This document shows, piece by piece, positions 44,104 to 55,112 of a stretch of DNA of 64,000 bases. Under the pieces are notes generated by a model. It saw only the letters and a program-made list of their open reading frames with translations. It was not told where the DNA came from and did no database searches. A program made the translations under genes and the position numbers. Location of the stretch: positions 1-64,000 of IMG/VR virus record IMGVR_UViG_3300010151_000008; one strand, given 5' to 3'. This DNA is from a virus. The number at the start of each line of letters is the position of its first letter. Position 1 is the first letter of the stretch.

Positions 44104-45557
44104 TGGCCATTAAAAGATATACAGCGGATGCCGACACCACCATAACAAATGCCTTTGAGGCCAATTTGGTTTTAAGGGGGACCGGATCTAATATGGGAGC
44201 GGCCGATAGTTTGGCGGTGTTTTCTATTTATGGCCAGACGTCCTCAAGCGCCGGACAAAGTTCCGAAGAATCAAGAATTTTAATACAATTTCCTGTACAA
44301 GATATTATAGCCGATAGGGCTGCTAATATTCTCCCGGATCCCGGCTCTGTTAGCTTCTATCTTAAAATGTTTAATGCGAAACACCCATTCACTTTGGCAA
44401 GAGACTTCACACTTACGGTATCACCCATTTCTCAATCTTGGCAAGAGGGCAGCGGTCTAGACATGGATGAATATAAAGACCTTACATACAATGGTATTGG
44501 CTCTAATTGGATTCGTCATGGTTCTACAGGCCCATGGACTGCTGCCGGCGGTGATTATTTGTCTACCCCTTCATATGATGTGGATTTCCCCAACGGCTGG
44601 GAAGATTTAACACTTGATATCTCGACTGTTGTAGAAGACTGGATAGCTGGGACCTATACTAGCGGAAATTGTGGTGTAGGGGTGCAGCTGTCGTCTTCGC
44701 TTGCGGGAGCTTCTCAGTCTTATTATCTCAAGAAGTTCTTCGCCAGGTCTTCGGAATTTTTTTATAAGCGTCCAGTAATAGAGGCTCGATGGGACTCGCG
44801 AGTACAGGATGATCGATGCGCCTTTTACTATAGTAGTTCTCTGGCGCCAGCTGCGGATAACTTAAACACTTTGTATTTTTACAATTATATTCGCGGCCGC
44901 CTTGTGGACTACGGCGGGAACCTGGGAGTTAGCTTTTATTCTAGCTCGGCTGGTGCCCCCGCGGGTTCTGCTCTCCTTACTGCGTTTCCTGGCGCCACAA
45001 CGGTTAATGCGGCGCATATTTCTACCGGCATATACGGAGTTACGATGGCCCTAACAGCGGCCGCCACACCCCTTGCTGCCATTAATGACGTTTGGAGAGA
45101 CGTTGATAGCGGCGAGGAGTTGATTACAGGATCCTTTTCTCCAGAAATATTTCCCGTATATCAGAGTGCGCCAACCTTTAATTATGTAACAGCGCTAACC
45201 AATCTAAAGGCGAACTACTCCAGAGAAGAGACTGCCCGCTTCAGATTCTTCATACGACAGAGGAATTGGGATCCCAACATGTATGTTGTTGCGACGAACA
45301 CAATTCCAAATGAATGTATAGCTAGCGCATCTTATAAAATAATGAGATTAACAGACGAGCTGGATGTGGTATCATATGGAACAGGAAGTGACTTGAGCAC
45401 TTATATGTCTTATGATGTAGACGGAAATTATTTTGATTTAGACATGTCGCTGCTAGAAGCGGATTATATGTATGGGATTAAACTTGCTTACTATAATGAT
45501 AGCATTGGCTCGTGGGTCGAGCAACCGGAAATATTTAAATTCAGAATAGAAGAGTAA
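44103..45557 (+). CDS. Baseplate-associated protein with DNRLRE/CBM96-like N-terminal domain
   Basis: ADADTTI; SRILIQF; SWQEGSG; W..AGGD; DISTVVEDW; KFFARSS...RPVIEARWD. Confidence 0.6.
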   Translation: MAIKRYTADADTTITNAFEANLVLRGTGSNMGAADSLAVFSIYGQTSSSAGQSSEESRILIQFPVQDIIADRAANILPDPGSVSFYLKMFNAKHPFTLARDFTLTVSPISQSWQEGSGLDMDEYKDLTYNGIGSNWIRHGSTGPWTAAGGDYLSTPSYDVDFPNGWEDLTLDISTVVEDWIAGTYTSGNCGVGVQLSSSLAGASQSYYLKKFFARSSEFFYKRPVIEARWDSRVQDDRCAFYYSSSLAPAADNLNTLYFYNYIRGRLVDYGGNLGVSFYSSSAGAPAGSALLTAFPGATTVNAAHISTGIYGVTMALTAAATPLAAINDVWRDVDSGEELITGSFSPEIFPVYQSAPTFNYVTALTNLKANYSREETARFRFFIRQRNWDPNMYVVATNTIPNECIASASYKIMRLTDELDVVSYGTGSDLSTYMSYDVDGNYFDLDMSLLEADYMYGIKLAYYNDSIGSWVEQPEIFKFRIEE

Positions 45558-45564
45558 AACAACT

Positions 45565-48500
45565 ATGAGCTTAAAGGATACATACAGACGCCAGTTAGAA
45601 AATCTTCAAAATATTTCTAACAAGAGCGAAGAGCAAATAGCTGCGGAAGTAGAGTCTGTAGGGTATCACGAACAGGACATAATCAAAGAAGAGAGGTTTA
45701 TTCCTCGCACCGATTATTCGAGACCAAGCGCGTTTGCTCGCTACGGATCAGCTACCGAGTATTATCAACAGTCTATAAAAAGAGTTTACAGTACATACCC
45801 CTACGACGGCTCACTCAAAGAGAGGTTAGAGTGGGAAAATGATTCCAATTACTTAGATCTATATCTTTTTGAGCAGCGCTATCCTCGCACGAACGGGTAC
45901 GTAATTTTATCAGCCGACGGTTGGGGCACCCAGACTGCCACGACAGGCGGCTACGGGATGCCCTCCTCTCAAGAGTACATATCATTTATTGGCGGGCCCA
46001 ATGTAAATCCGGGAGGAATGAGCCCCATAGCGCTTCAGTTTACTGGATCAAACTATTGGGACCCAGATAAAAATAGAGTTTCGAACCTGCAGTTCGATCT
46101 GGAAAACAATGGAGCTACGGTTGAGTTTTGGCTCAAAAAAGACAGCTTTGACGCAAGCTTAACAGAGAAGGAGGTTGTTTTTGACCTCTGGAATAATGAG
46201 CTATCTTCTAGCGATTCATACGGCCGTTTTAGATTAGAGTTGTCCTCTTCCACAACACCTGGAGGCGAGGGGCCGCTCTTACTCACAGTGATGTCTGGTG
46301 CAACCGGGTTCCAGTGGGAACCTGTTGTCGTTGGCTCCGCTTTCACGACTGCCTCTATAGCAGATGGCAATTGGCACCACTATGCGGTAACTGTAAAATC
46401 TGCTAGCGCAGGGGTGCTAACAAAATTCTATGTCGACGGCGCCCTACACGCGGAAAATACGCTTGGTGTCGCCGGTATAAATAATATTGGGGGTGCCCTC
46501 AAGGGACATATCGGTGCACTAATTATTGGCCCCTCGGGGACCGTGGGCCCCGGTACGCCCGAAGAATCGGCCTTCGCTTGGACCGGCGCCGGGAAACTCT
46601 CCGCATCCATGGATGAGTTCAGGTACTGGAAAACTCAGAGAAGTTCTAAGGACATAGGAAGATATTGGATATCGCAGGTTGGGGGTGGTACCAACACAGA
46701 TCCAGCCCCCGATTCGCACGAAACTAACCTAGTGAACACAGATCTTGGAGTTTACTTTAAGTTCAATGAAGGAATCACCGGGGTCGAATCCGCGGATAGT
46801 ACCGTCTTGGACTACGCAGGCCGAGTTTCCAATGGCGCTTGGACGGGCTACGGTGAAAATTCCAGGAATACGGATTCTGCTATAGTAATTTCTAAAGCGG
46901 CTGTAAAAGAATTTAAAGATCCTATTATATACTCCTTCCATCCTGAAGTTGTATCGCTGAAGACACAGCTAGAAGCTACTGGATCCTATCATGATGTTCG
47001 CAACAATACGTCCATCTACAATTCTATTCCCGGATGGGTTCAAGAGGAAGATGACGAGAGTGCTGGAGAACTTAGGAAGTTAACTCAAATATTGGCTAGC
47101 TACTTTGATACGTTACAACTTCAGATTGATTCTGTCAATTCACTCAAAGATGTGGTTTATTACGGAGATAGTCAGAAACCTCTTCCGTTCGCCAACAAAT
47201 TATTAGAATCTATGGGTCTTATGACTCCTGAAATGTTCCTAGATGCAGATGTGCTAGAGAAGCTGGCAGATCGCAGCGAGAAGCATCTGTATGAAAAGTC
47301 ACTTAATGATATTAAGAATACAATCTATCAGAACATTTATAATAATCTAACTTATATTTATAAATCCAAAGGAACTGAAAAAGCTTTTCGTAATTTAATT
47401 CGCTGCTACGGAATTGACGACGAGCTAATCAAATTAAGCCTATATGCTAACAACATAGAGTATGAACTTCTAGATAACTCACGAAATGTTGTTACTTCGA
47501 AGAGATTCGTCAACTTTAATACAAAAGATAATCTAGGCGCCACCATCTACCAGAGTTCGGCTTCTAGTGATGCCAATTCCGTAGCGTTTATAGCCGGTTC
47601 TACTAATCTGACTGGTGGTTTTGCTTTTACCACGGAAGTTGATGTGTTGTTCCCCCGAAAAGCGCCCCCAGGTCAAGAAAACTACATCGATACCAATTTC
47701 ATAACAGCCTCTGTCTTCGGAATTCACGGTGACGCTTCCGGCAGTGAAGACACCACATGGGCAACTCCAGATGCGGTAAATTTCCAGGTTTTTGCAGTCC
47801 GAGATGAATTAAGATCTCCAAATGTTCGATTTGTGCTGACGGGAACAGCCGGGGGCTTCATGCCGCCCACCCTGGTTAGTGATTTATACGAGGATACCTA
47901 CAACAATACTAAGTGGAACTTGGCTGTACGTATTAAGCCTGAAAAATATCCTTACGAAAACTGGATTACTAGTTCGGTGAACGGCGATTATATCGTCGAA
48001 TTACGAGGTACCAACACTCAAGATGGGGTTGTACTCAATACGTTTACGCTCAGCTCTTCGATTTCATCGCCACCGCCGGCGTTCGTTAGCGGCTCCCGGC
48101 GCCTCTTCGTCGGCGCCCATCGACAAGACTTTACCGGCTCACTCCTACAGCGTTCTGATGTTAAGGTGGGCACCGCGCGCAGCTGGTTAACATATCTAGA
48201 TAATAAAACTCTTCTAGAACACGCCCAAGACATTCACAACTACGGAACACCGAATCCGCAGTGGTACGCGTTTCCATTTCACCCCAGCGCCTCATTCGGA
48301 GAAATCCCACAACTTGATACGTTAGTATTAAATTGGAACTTTAATCAGAATACGGGCTCGAACGCATCTGGCCAGTTCGGGGTAGCCGACTTCTCGTCCG
48401 GCTCTACTCAGTTAGCCACATCCCAGTACGATTGGCTCGGCCCTATTCTTCTTAATCAACACCCAGGTCGAGGAGACTTCTTTCCGGCGAACTCTATCAA

Positions 48501-51500
48501 GGCAATAGATAAAGATTATATTACCAACACGAAGCAAAACTTACCCGAGAACTTACAGTCCAAGGACATGATTTCGGTTCTTTCACAAGAGGAACAAGAG
48601 GCTTTTGGGCGTACAACTAGACCTGTTACATTCTATTTTGCATTTGAGAAGAGCCCCTATCAGGTTATTTCTGAAGAGATGATAAATTATTTTGCGTCTA
48701 TGCGGGACATGCACACCCTAATAGGTGAACCAGTTAATCGATATAGAATAGAATATAAGGCTCTCGGCAAGATGCGTCACGCCTTCTTCTTGAATGTAGA
48801 GAACGATAGAATTGATTTTGATAAATTTTATGAGTTTTATAAGTGGTTCGACAGTTCTCTTTCTTTAATGTTACAACAGCTTGTTCCGATTTCAGCCGAC
48901 GTGGCCGGAAACATCCGAACCATTATTGAAAGCCATATCTTTGAAAGAAACAAATATCAATCCAAGTTCCCGACCATAGACACTATGGACGCAGATATAG
49001 AGGGATCTTTTAATACGATTTTGAATGCTTCTCCCGGCTGGCGCTATAATCACCACCCTATTGATGGAGCGGAGAATAAAAACGCCCACTGGTGGAAGAC
49101 GAGAGCTAGCCGAGAAAAAACCAAGCTTCGCACTGGAAATTACGAACTAGACTGGAGAAGGCAGAGAATCTTTGAGGATAGTGATTATGAATATGAACGA
49201 GAAATAAAGGTTCCTTATAGATTTGAAGCACGTGCTGGAATACAACAGCTATCTCCGCCTCATATTATACATAGCGGCCCTAATTATCACCCCAACAAGA
49301 AGTACAATTACGTATTTACAGCCACACGGCCTGCAGGCCCTCTCGTAGAGGGAACAAATCTGCCGGCCAACATTATGCTCGCATTCGATGAGGATGTAGA
49401 ACGGTTTGTGGATGTGGTGGATGATTTAGAGTTAACCCCTAAGCGCCGCATCGGGTGGGGGATCAACGCTAGAATCAACAAGGACTTGTCTGGCAGCGCT
49501 ACTTACGAATTTGCGAAGGGAAGCCTGCTGGCGCCGTTTAGTTTGTACAGTAGCTCCGTTACGACGGGTTATAACAAGCAGGTTGTGGAGAAGTTCACAC
49601 CCGGCGTAATGATTACCAATTTACATCATGATGTATATGGTGTGACTCACGAAGTCCCGCTCCAGGGCCCCTTCCCCGAAACGTATGTTGGCGGCCGAGA
49701 ACATCGCCATGTTCCTATTAACAAATTCGATTCCTCCAAAACGGGACCAAACAATCTAGATTCTCCTGCCGACCGGCCCGAAGGGTTTAAGATCTTGTTA
49801 GGCAGCTGCGACGGAATCACTACCACCTCCGGCGCCTTAGGTATCGTAGATCCTCAGTATCCAGATCCAGATTCGCCAGCAGTTTCTCCGCCTTATCTCT
49901 TCGACCGACCTAAGGGCAATATGTCACGTAATGTGGGTACCAAGCGTCCAGTTAATATACGCAACATTCGGAAGAACTCCCCGGGGAACTATAGCCAGAA
50001 CTACGATGTTGTGTCGACCAATGCACGATCATCAAATGATCTCTTCTTTAGAAAGCAGACATTCGATTTCTCTCTTTATCCTCAAAGCCCATACCCTCGG
50101 CTGCCGATTGTAGATCGTCACGCAGTACAAAACATCAGAGTTAGAAACACAAAAGCCATCTCGATTGACGATAGTCTTAATTATTATGTTTTTACTGCTC
50201 CGGCGGCAATGAACACAAATAAGAAAGAAACGTGGTCTTGTTGGCTGAATTGTACCAATCCCGGTGAGCTTAATTACTTTATATTGGATGTATCTGATCG
50301 TTACTTTGTGATCAATGCCGATAACACCTTCACTTTTGCCGCTTATTGGACGGGGCCTGTTGATGGGATTTGGCAGACTGATGCGGCGATTACAACCGGC
50401 AACGAGTGGGTGCATGTGGCTATAACCTACGATGGTAATTCCAGTACAAACCATCCTGTCGTCTATATTAATGGCGAAGCGGTAGCAATAACCCGAACAT
50501 CCGCGGAGCCAACTGGCGATTTAGAACCCTACTTCGGCGGTATCGGCATCGGCTATGCCGGCGCCCATGCTTTTGAGGGCTATATATCTGATCTGGCATT
50601 TTATAATACTAACTTGCTTGCCGATGAAATTAAGGCGATTTATGGCAATTCAACGTTAGACCTGATTAATTATGGTCCACCCCGCGTTGCATCCAACCTT
50701 ATAATGTGGTGGAGAATGGGCGACGGCCCGGGCGATACGGTTGGCACCATCATCGACCAGATGGGCACTGTAAATTTGGCTGCCGGAGGTTCTCCTTCTA
50801 TCGTTAATATAAGCGCTGGCGATTGTTTGGTTACCGCCAACGAAAACAACTTCGCTCTGCCTGACAGATCTGGCAAGAACTCTAACCAAACCGTTTTTGT
50901 AAATCGTTTTGCCGGCTCGGGCTATGAGGTGATGTCGAGAGGCTATATGGATCCAGCTCATGAAGAGAAGTCTGTATATAACGTTTTGCCGTATCACAAC
51001 TTATCGATTCTAAACTATGGTTTTCCTGAATCAGCATCAGCAGACCCCTCCATCGCCACCGCAATAGTGGTTGTAGATCAGATAGGCAAGAACAGAGGAA
51101 GAAACCAACGGCTTACTTTACACTGTGGCCAGTTTGGTCACGATGCGGCATATGGAACAATTCCCGCGGACACCTATGTTACTGTTCCTTCATACCAGAA
51201 AACAAACCGAAACCCCCGGTCTCGGATAAAGCAGCTAGCCGACGGCTCTTATGTGACAGGGGTGGTGTACGATAACGGATGGGTAACCCACCCAATTCCG
51301 CGTTCGGCGCGGCAGTATTCTTGGATTACGGCTAGCCTTTCTCCGGATGTTGGCACCGAGCTGTTTGGCTATTCGGCCCTAAGCGGCGGATTTGCTCAGA
51401 GTTTGCCTTTAATTAGCGCAAGCCAGTTTGGATCTGTCCATTGGGCCTCGGGGTCGACAGTCCTCCCTAGAACCTTGGGGTATGATCAAAACATCGTGGG

Positions 51501-54500
51501 CCAAGGCGCCGTACTCTTCGGCGCCCCAGTCACCGCATCTGACTTTTATCCCACCACATTTGCCGGCATTAACGGGAATATTTCCGAACCGGTGGACATT
51601 TCCTCTCACAATCTGGGGTATCCTCTCGGCACCCCTCTCGTCCCGACGGACTTCTCCTCGAAGGAACCCCAATATCGGAATCGTTCTTTTTGTTCGGTCA
51701 CCAACCTCGCTAGTCTCGCCGGCGCCCCGGTCTTTAACTCCCTCATGCTTCACCGCAACGGGCCCTATGGTTGGCCCACGTGGAAACAAATTCGAGCCGG
51801 CCAGACTCCGGTTGCAAGACGTCTGAGAAAAAAGAATTTAGTCGTCGTTAGAAATGAGCCAGAACCATTTACCTACGTATATCCTCAATATTCCTCGGGC
51901 GGCGTAACGCTGCCCCGCAACCAAGTTCGAGTGTATCCACTCAAAGGCAATACCTTCACTTCATACATCGAACAGCCAATAAGCAGTCGACACAAAGCAC
52001 TAGAGTTTGTATACAATAATCACTCTCGTAGTGCTCCGGGGGTGGATAATAATGTTATTGCTAGGGTGTCATGGGCAAACAATTTAGACTATTTCTCCAA
52101 CGAGGGGCTTAATAATCGACTTAACAAGATCCCAAATGTTACGCTCAACCAGCCTTATAAGACTCTCGTTAACTTTACTCTAGACGCAGACAAAAACAAT
52201 TCTGATACATTAGTTCAATATACAGAAAGAATTTATCCTCGCGAGGTTAACGCCTATCAGAATAGGGTTCGAACCCGAACAGACTATAGCATCTCGGATA
52301 TATGGGATGATTCCCGGCCCCTTCGCTCGAAAGACGCGGGGGTAGTAAACTCTCTGGGGTACCCAATCTATTCGGCCAGTGTATGGCATCTAGATGCTCA
52401 CAATAATTTTACCACTCGTCCAGCATATCCAGAGTACATAAATTCGGTCTTCGTTGATTCTGCGGGAGAGCTGCAAAATGATTATTGTCGATTTATCAAA
52501 CATACTCTTCAAGGCTCGGACCAGAGCCAGTGGGCGCGCACATCTCCAGCGCCGGCTGCCCTATATGCCATGCGTATCCCTATGGGCTCGTCTTCCGGCG
52601 GGGAACTGCCGGTCGGTGTTGTCATGCCGGTGTGGGGAGGAGATACGTATTGGGATGCTCCCGAGCAAGCTGGGAAGAAACCATATCAAGTATATGAAGA
52701 ATATGCAGAGTTTATACGCCTAAAGGGCAAAGACCACTCACTGGTGCCGGAATTTAGAATAAGCGAGCATATTGAAAAATATATTGAAGACGGATCTGAC
52801 TGGCTTAAAGATATTGATGACTCCTCTCCGGGAATGTTTGAAATAACGGGCGCTGCCATCTCTGATAGCGCTCAAACCAATTTCTATAAAGTATATGGCC
52901 ACACTGACTTCTTAAAATATTTTAAAGTAATAGATGATGATCTCGACAATAAAAATATTGGCCAAGGCCTCTCACTTAATCGTCGAGCAATAGAGATAGA
53001 GTGCTCAGCTTATCTTAAGTTCCTCCCCTATAAGGGATTTTACCCCGCAGAGCGGACTAGAGAGTTGGCAAAAATCTTTAACGATTCTTGTGATGATTTT
53101 GTTAACAAAGCCGGCTATCCGTCTCCGACCTATGCAGCAGCCGTCGGCAGCTCCTGCTCCCTCACCCCCCTCACCGAGACTCAAAAAATACTTAAGCGCG
53201 CCATTATAGAGCCCCTCTTTGCTCCGGGAATTGTGCATAACACGGTAAAGTCGGGAATTGCCGTGAGTAGCTTTGTTATAACCAACAGTGCTTCGTGTCC
53301 AACCATTGATCTTACTGCTTCATGGCTAGCTAAGCCATTTTCAATCCTTACCGAATTACCTGAGGGAAATGTTGATTTTGGCGCAGGAGCGAATGGGTGT
53401 CTAAACCCTGTTGAAATTCAGACCGGCGGCGGATACGAAGACCAGAGAGGGTATAAATTTAGACGAATTCCTTTTGAGGCCGCTCTTCGGCCGGGAGAAT
53501 ATCTGAGCAAGTACAATATTTATGATAATGGGCTTCCTCCCTCCGCGAGTCTTTTAGATCCAGCTGTCATCGGCGCCGCTCTCACCTACAATCGCCTTCA
53601 TGTTAACTGGAGCGGCGGTGGCTCGGATCTCTATAGATTGGCCTCGGACAATTATCACTGCGAGGTGGTTAACTTCTTTTCTCCAGGGCTTACAAGTTTT
53701 GTTTCAGCTCGCGAAGATGAGTTTTCTGCTATGCAGTCGGGGTCGCTCTATGCCATGACGCTAAGACTGGGGCGCCCACTCAATGCTGACTTGGTTCCCA
53801 ATAGATCTTTGTTCGAAATGTACGAGAGGGCTTCCGCTTTTGGCCCCCCGTTTGCAGGAACTGCTGATACCATTTTATCCTGGGCCGTGTATTCAGCTAG
53901 TTTTGATCCGCTAACTCCTCCATACTTTAATGGAGTCGGGGAAGTAACAATTTTATATCAAGCAAAATACGATGGAAAACCGGAGCTTGATGATATCTTA
54001 TCAACTTCGGAATTTATCTATGACCGGTCCCGGGACAATGTGCCTATCGTCCCCCCCGGCTTCGAGCCCATCCTCACTGCCGGCTATATATACGGAATGC
54101 AGATGGATCAAAGTTATAATTTGGTTGATAAGATAATAGAGGTGCCGCCCGGAACAGACAGTAATAGGGAGCGTTGGCTTATTCAGAGTAAATTTGAGAC
54201 TCCGGTGTTAAATTTTGCTGGCGTAAGCCCTCTTACCATCACACAGCCTGCCACGGGATCTGTTAACCCCGGCGTCACACCTGATGTTATATCCAAGGGT
54301 ATGTGGCACCAGTATGGCTCAATTCCATCTGGGCGAGAGGCTGTTGTATCTTCTATCAAGGTTCCCAATTCGCTAGTATCTCCTACTTTCGGCGCGCTCT
54401 CTGCTAGCACCCCGGCGGGGCCCGAGTATCATTCGTTGGCCAGCGTGGTCGGCTTCGACACGACAAATTCTAAGCAATTGGGCCCCCTGCGTACCATGCA

Positions 54501-55110
54501 GAGAATGGAAGAAGCAATAATAGCTGTACCGTTCACCGTTAAAAGAAATCGGCGGAAGTTCTTCCACCCCCGAAAGAGATCGAGCGATTACAAAGAGATT
54601 TTAAAAATTCTTGACAAGTATCTGTTACCACCCAAGTTAGACTTTGTGACCAACGAGGGACTAAAGCCGATACTGTTTTATGCCTTTGAATTCGGGGCGG
54701 ATCTGTCTCAACAGGACCTAGCGGATATTTGGCAGAATTTGCCTCCCGATATTGGTCTAAATTTTGAAAGTTCTAAGGCAATTATTCGCGAAGAGAAGAT
54801 AATTAAAGAGATGTATAATTCTATCGATACACTGCAATGGCTTGTTTTTAAGGTTAAGAAAAAGGCCGCAAAGGATTATAATAGGTTTGTTAAACAGAAC
54901 CTGACTGACGATTTAGATTCTGTTACGCCAAATATTGTTTCCAAGTACTCCTATAACTGGCCCTACGATTACTGCTCTTTGGTGGAATTAATTAAACTAG
55001 ATGCCACGGCACAGTATGAAACAGAAACAGAGGGAACATCAGAAGTGGATCTTTTGATTAGAGCCCACAATCCGGTGATTCCTCCCATAGAACCTCCGGA
55101 GATGGGATAA
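45565..55110 (+). CDS. 3181-aa baseplate wedge/receptor-binding-like protein with LamG (concanavalin-like) domains
   Basis: TVEFWLK...DGNWHHYAVT...FYVDG...MDEFRYW and EWVHVAITYDG...VYING...GYISDLAFYN; IYKSKGTEKAFRNLIRCYG (gp7/P2 gpI-like). Confidence 0.8.
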   Translation: MSLKDTYRRQLENLQNISNKSEEQIAAEVESVGYHEQDIIKEERFIPRTDYSRPSAFARYGSATEYYQQSIKRVYSTYPYDGSLKERLEWENDSNYLDLYLFEQRYPRTNGYVILSADGWGTQTATTGGYGMPSSQEYISFIGGPNVNPGGMSPIALQFTGSNYWDPDKNRVSNLQFDLENNGATVEFWLKKDSFDASLTEKEVVFDLWNNELSSSDSYGRFRLELSSSTTPGGEGPLLLTVMSGATGFQWEPVVVGSAFTTASIADGNWHHYAVTVKSASAGVLTKFYVDGALHAENTLGVAGINNIGGALKGHIGALIIGPSGTVGPGTPEESAFAWTGAGKLSASMDEFRYWKTQRSSKDIGRYWISQVGGGTNTDPAPDSHETNLVNTDLGVYFKFNEGITGVESADSTVLDYAGRVSNGAWTGYGENSRNTDSAIVISKAAVKEFKDPIIYSFHPEVVSLKTQLEATGSYHDVRNNTSIYNSIPGWVQEEDDESAGELRKLTQILASYFDTLQLQIDSVNSLKDVVYYGDSQKPLPFANKLLESMGLMTPEMFLDADVLEKLADRSEKHLYEKSLNDIKNTIYQNIYNNLTYIYKSKGTEKAFRNLIRCYGIDDELIKLSLYANNIEYELLDNSRNVVTSKRFVNFNTKDNLGATIYQSSASSDANSVAFIAGSTNLTGGFAFTTEVDVLFPRKAPPGQENYIDTNFITASVFGIHGDASGSEDTTWATPDAVNFQVFAVRDELRSPNVRFVLTGTAGGFMPPTLVSDLYEDTYNNTKWNLAVRIKPEKYPYENWITSSVNGDYIVELRGTNTQDGVVLNTFTLSSSISSPPPAFVSGSRRLFVGAHRQDFTGSLLQRSDVKVGTARSWLTYLDNKTLLEHAQDIHNYGTPNPQWYAFPFHPSASFGEIPQLDTLVLNWNFNQNTGSNASGQFGVADFSSGSTQLATSQYDWLGPILLNQHPGRGDFFPANSIKAIDKDYITNTKQNLPENLQSKDMISVLSQEEQEAFGRTTRPVTFYFAFEKSPYQVISEEMINYFASMRDMHTLIGEPVNRYRIEYKALGKMRHAFFLNVENDRIDFDKFYEFYKWFDSSLSLMLQQLVPISADVAGNIRTIIESHIFERNKYQSKFPTIDTMDADIEGSFNTILNASPGWRYNHHPIDGAENKNAHWWKTRASREKTKLRTGNYELDWRRQRIFEDSDYEYEREIKVPYRFEARAGIQQLSPPHIIHSGPNYHPNKKYNYVFTATRPAGPLVEGTNLPANIMLAFDEDVERFVDVVDDLELTPKRRIGWGINARINKDLSGSATYEFAKGSLLAPFSLYSSSVTTGYNKQVVEKFTPGVMITNLHHDVYGVTHEVPLQGPFPETYVGGREHRHVPINKFDSSKTGPNNLDSPADRPEGFKILLGSCDGITTTSGALGIVDPQYPDPDSPAVSPPYLFDRPKGNMSRNVGTKRPVNIRNIRKNSPGNYSQNYDVVSTNARSSNDLFFRKQTFDFSLYPQSPYPRLPIVDRHAVQNIRVRNTKAISIDDSLNYYVFTAPAAMNTNKKETWSCWLNCTNPGELNYFILDVSDRYFVINADNTFTFAAYWTGPVDGIWQTDAAITTGNEWVHVAITYDGNSSTNHPVVYINGEAVAITRTSAEPTGDLEPYFGGIGIGYAGAHAFEGYISDLAFYNTNLLADEIKAIYGNSTLDLINYGPPRVASNLIMWWRMGDGPGDTVGTIIDQMGTVNLAAGGSPSIVNISAGDCLVTANENNFALPDRSGKNSNQTVFVNRFAGSGYEVMSRGYMDPAHEEKSVYNVLPYHNLSILNYGFPESASADPSIATAIVVVDQIGKNRGRNQRLTLHCGQFGHDAAYGTIPADTYVTVPSYQKTNRNPRSRIKQLADGSYVTGVVYDNGWVTHPIPRSARQYSWITASLSPDVGTELFGYSALSGGFAQSLPLISASQFGSVHWASGSTVLPRTLGYDQNIVGQGAVLFGAPVTASDFYPTTFAGINGNISEPVDISSHNLGYPLGTPLVPTDFSSKEPQYRNRSFCSVTNLASLAGAPVFNSLMLHRNGPYGWPTWKQIRAGQTPVARRLRKKNLVVVRNEPEPFTYVYPQYSSGGVTLPRNQVRVYPLKGNTFTSYIEQPISSRHKALEFVYNNHSRSAPGVDNNVIARVSWANNLDYFSNEGLNNRLNKIPNVTLNQPYKTLVNFTLDADKNNSDTLVQYTERIYPREVNAYQNRVRTRTDYSISDIWDDSRPLRSKDAGVVNSLGYPIYSASVWHLDAHNNFTTRPAYPEYINSVFVDSAGELQNDYCRFIKHTLQGSDQSQWARTSPAPAALYAMRIPMGSSSGGELPVGVVMPVWGGDTYWDAPEQAGKKPYQVYEEYAEFIRLKGKDHSLVPEFRISEHIEKYIEDGSDWLKDIDDSSPGMFEITGAAISDSAQTNFYKVYGHTDFLKYFKVIDDDLDNKNIGQGLSLNRRAIEIECSAYLKFLPYKGFYPAERTRELAKIFNDSCDDFVNKAGYPSPTYAAAVGSSCSLTPLTETQKILKRAIIEPLFAPGIVHNTVKSGIAVSSFVITNSASCPTIDLTASWLAKPFSILTELPEGNVDFGAGANGCLNPVEIQTGGGYEDQRGYKFRRIPFEAALRPGEYLSKYNIYDNGLPPSASLLDPAVIGAALTYNRLHVNWSGGGSDLYRLASDNYHCEVVNFFSPGLTSFVSAREDEFSAMQSGSLYAMTLRLGRPLNADLVPNRSLFEMYERASAFGPPFAGTADTILSWAVYSASFDPLTPPYFNGVGEVTILYQAKYDGKPELDDILSTSEFIYDRSRDNVPIVPPGFEPILTAGYIYGMQMDQSYNLVDKIIEVPPGTDSNRERWLIQSKFETPVLNFAGVSPLTITQPATGSVNPGVTPDVISKGMWHQYGSIPSGREAVVSSIKVPNSLVSPTFGALSASTPAGPEYHSLASVVGFDTTNSKQLGPLRTMQRMEEAIIAVPFTVKRNRRKFFHPRKRSSDYKEILKILDKYLLPPKLDFVTNEGLKPILFYAFEFGADLSQQDLADIWQNLPPDIGLNFESSKAIIREEKIIKEMYNSIDTLQWLVFKVKKKAAKDYNRFVKQNLTDDLDSVTPNIVSKYSYNWPYDYCSLVELIKLDATAQYETETEGTSEVDLLIRAHNPVIPPIEPPEMG

Positions 55111-55112
55111 AG

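Noticed and set aside
30088-45557. Type VI secretion system or extracellular contractile injection system
   Set aside because: No TssJLM, ClpV or Afp15-like ATPase genes seen. The T4 gp6/gp25-like wedge, gp55-like sigma, PhoH and tRNA context indicate a phage.
35402-55110. Inteins or introns in the giant ORFs
   Set aside because: No intein splice-junction or LAGLIDADG/HNH motifs recognised, and the frames are uninterrupted.
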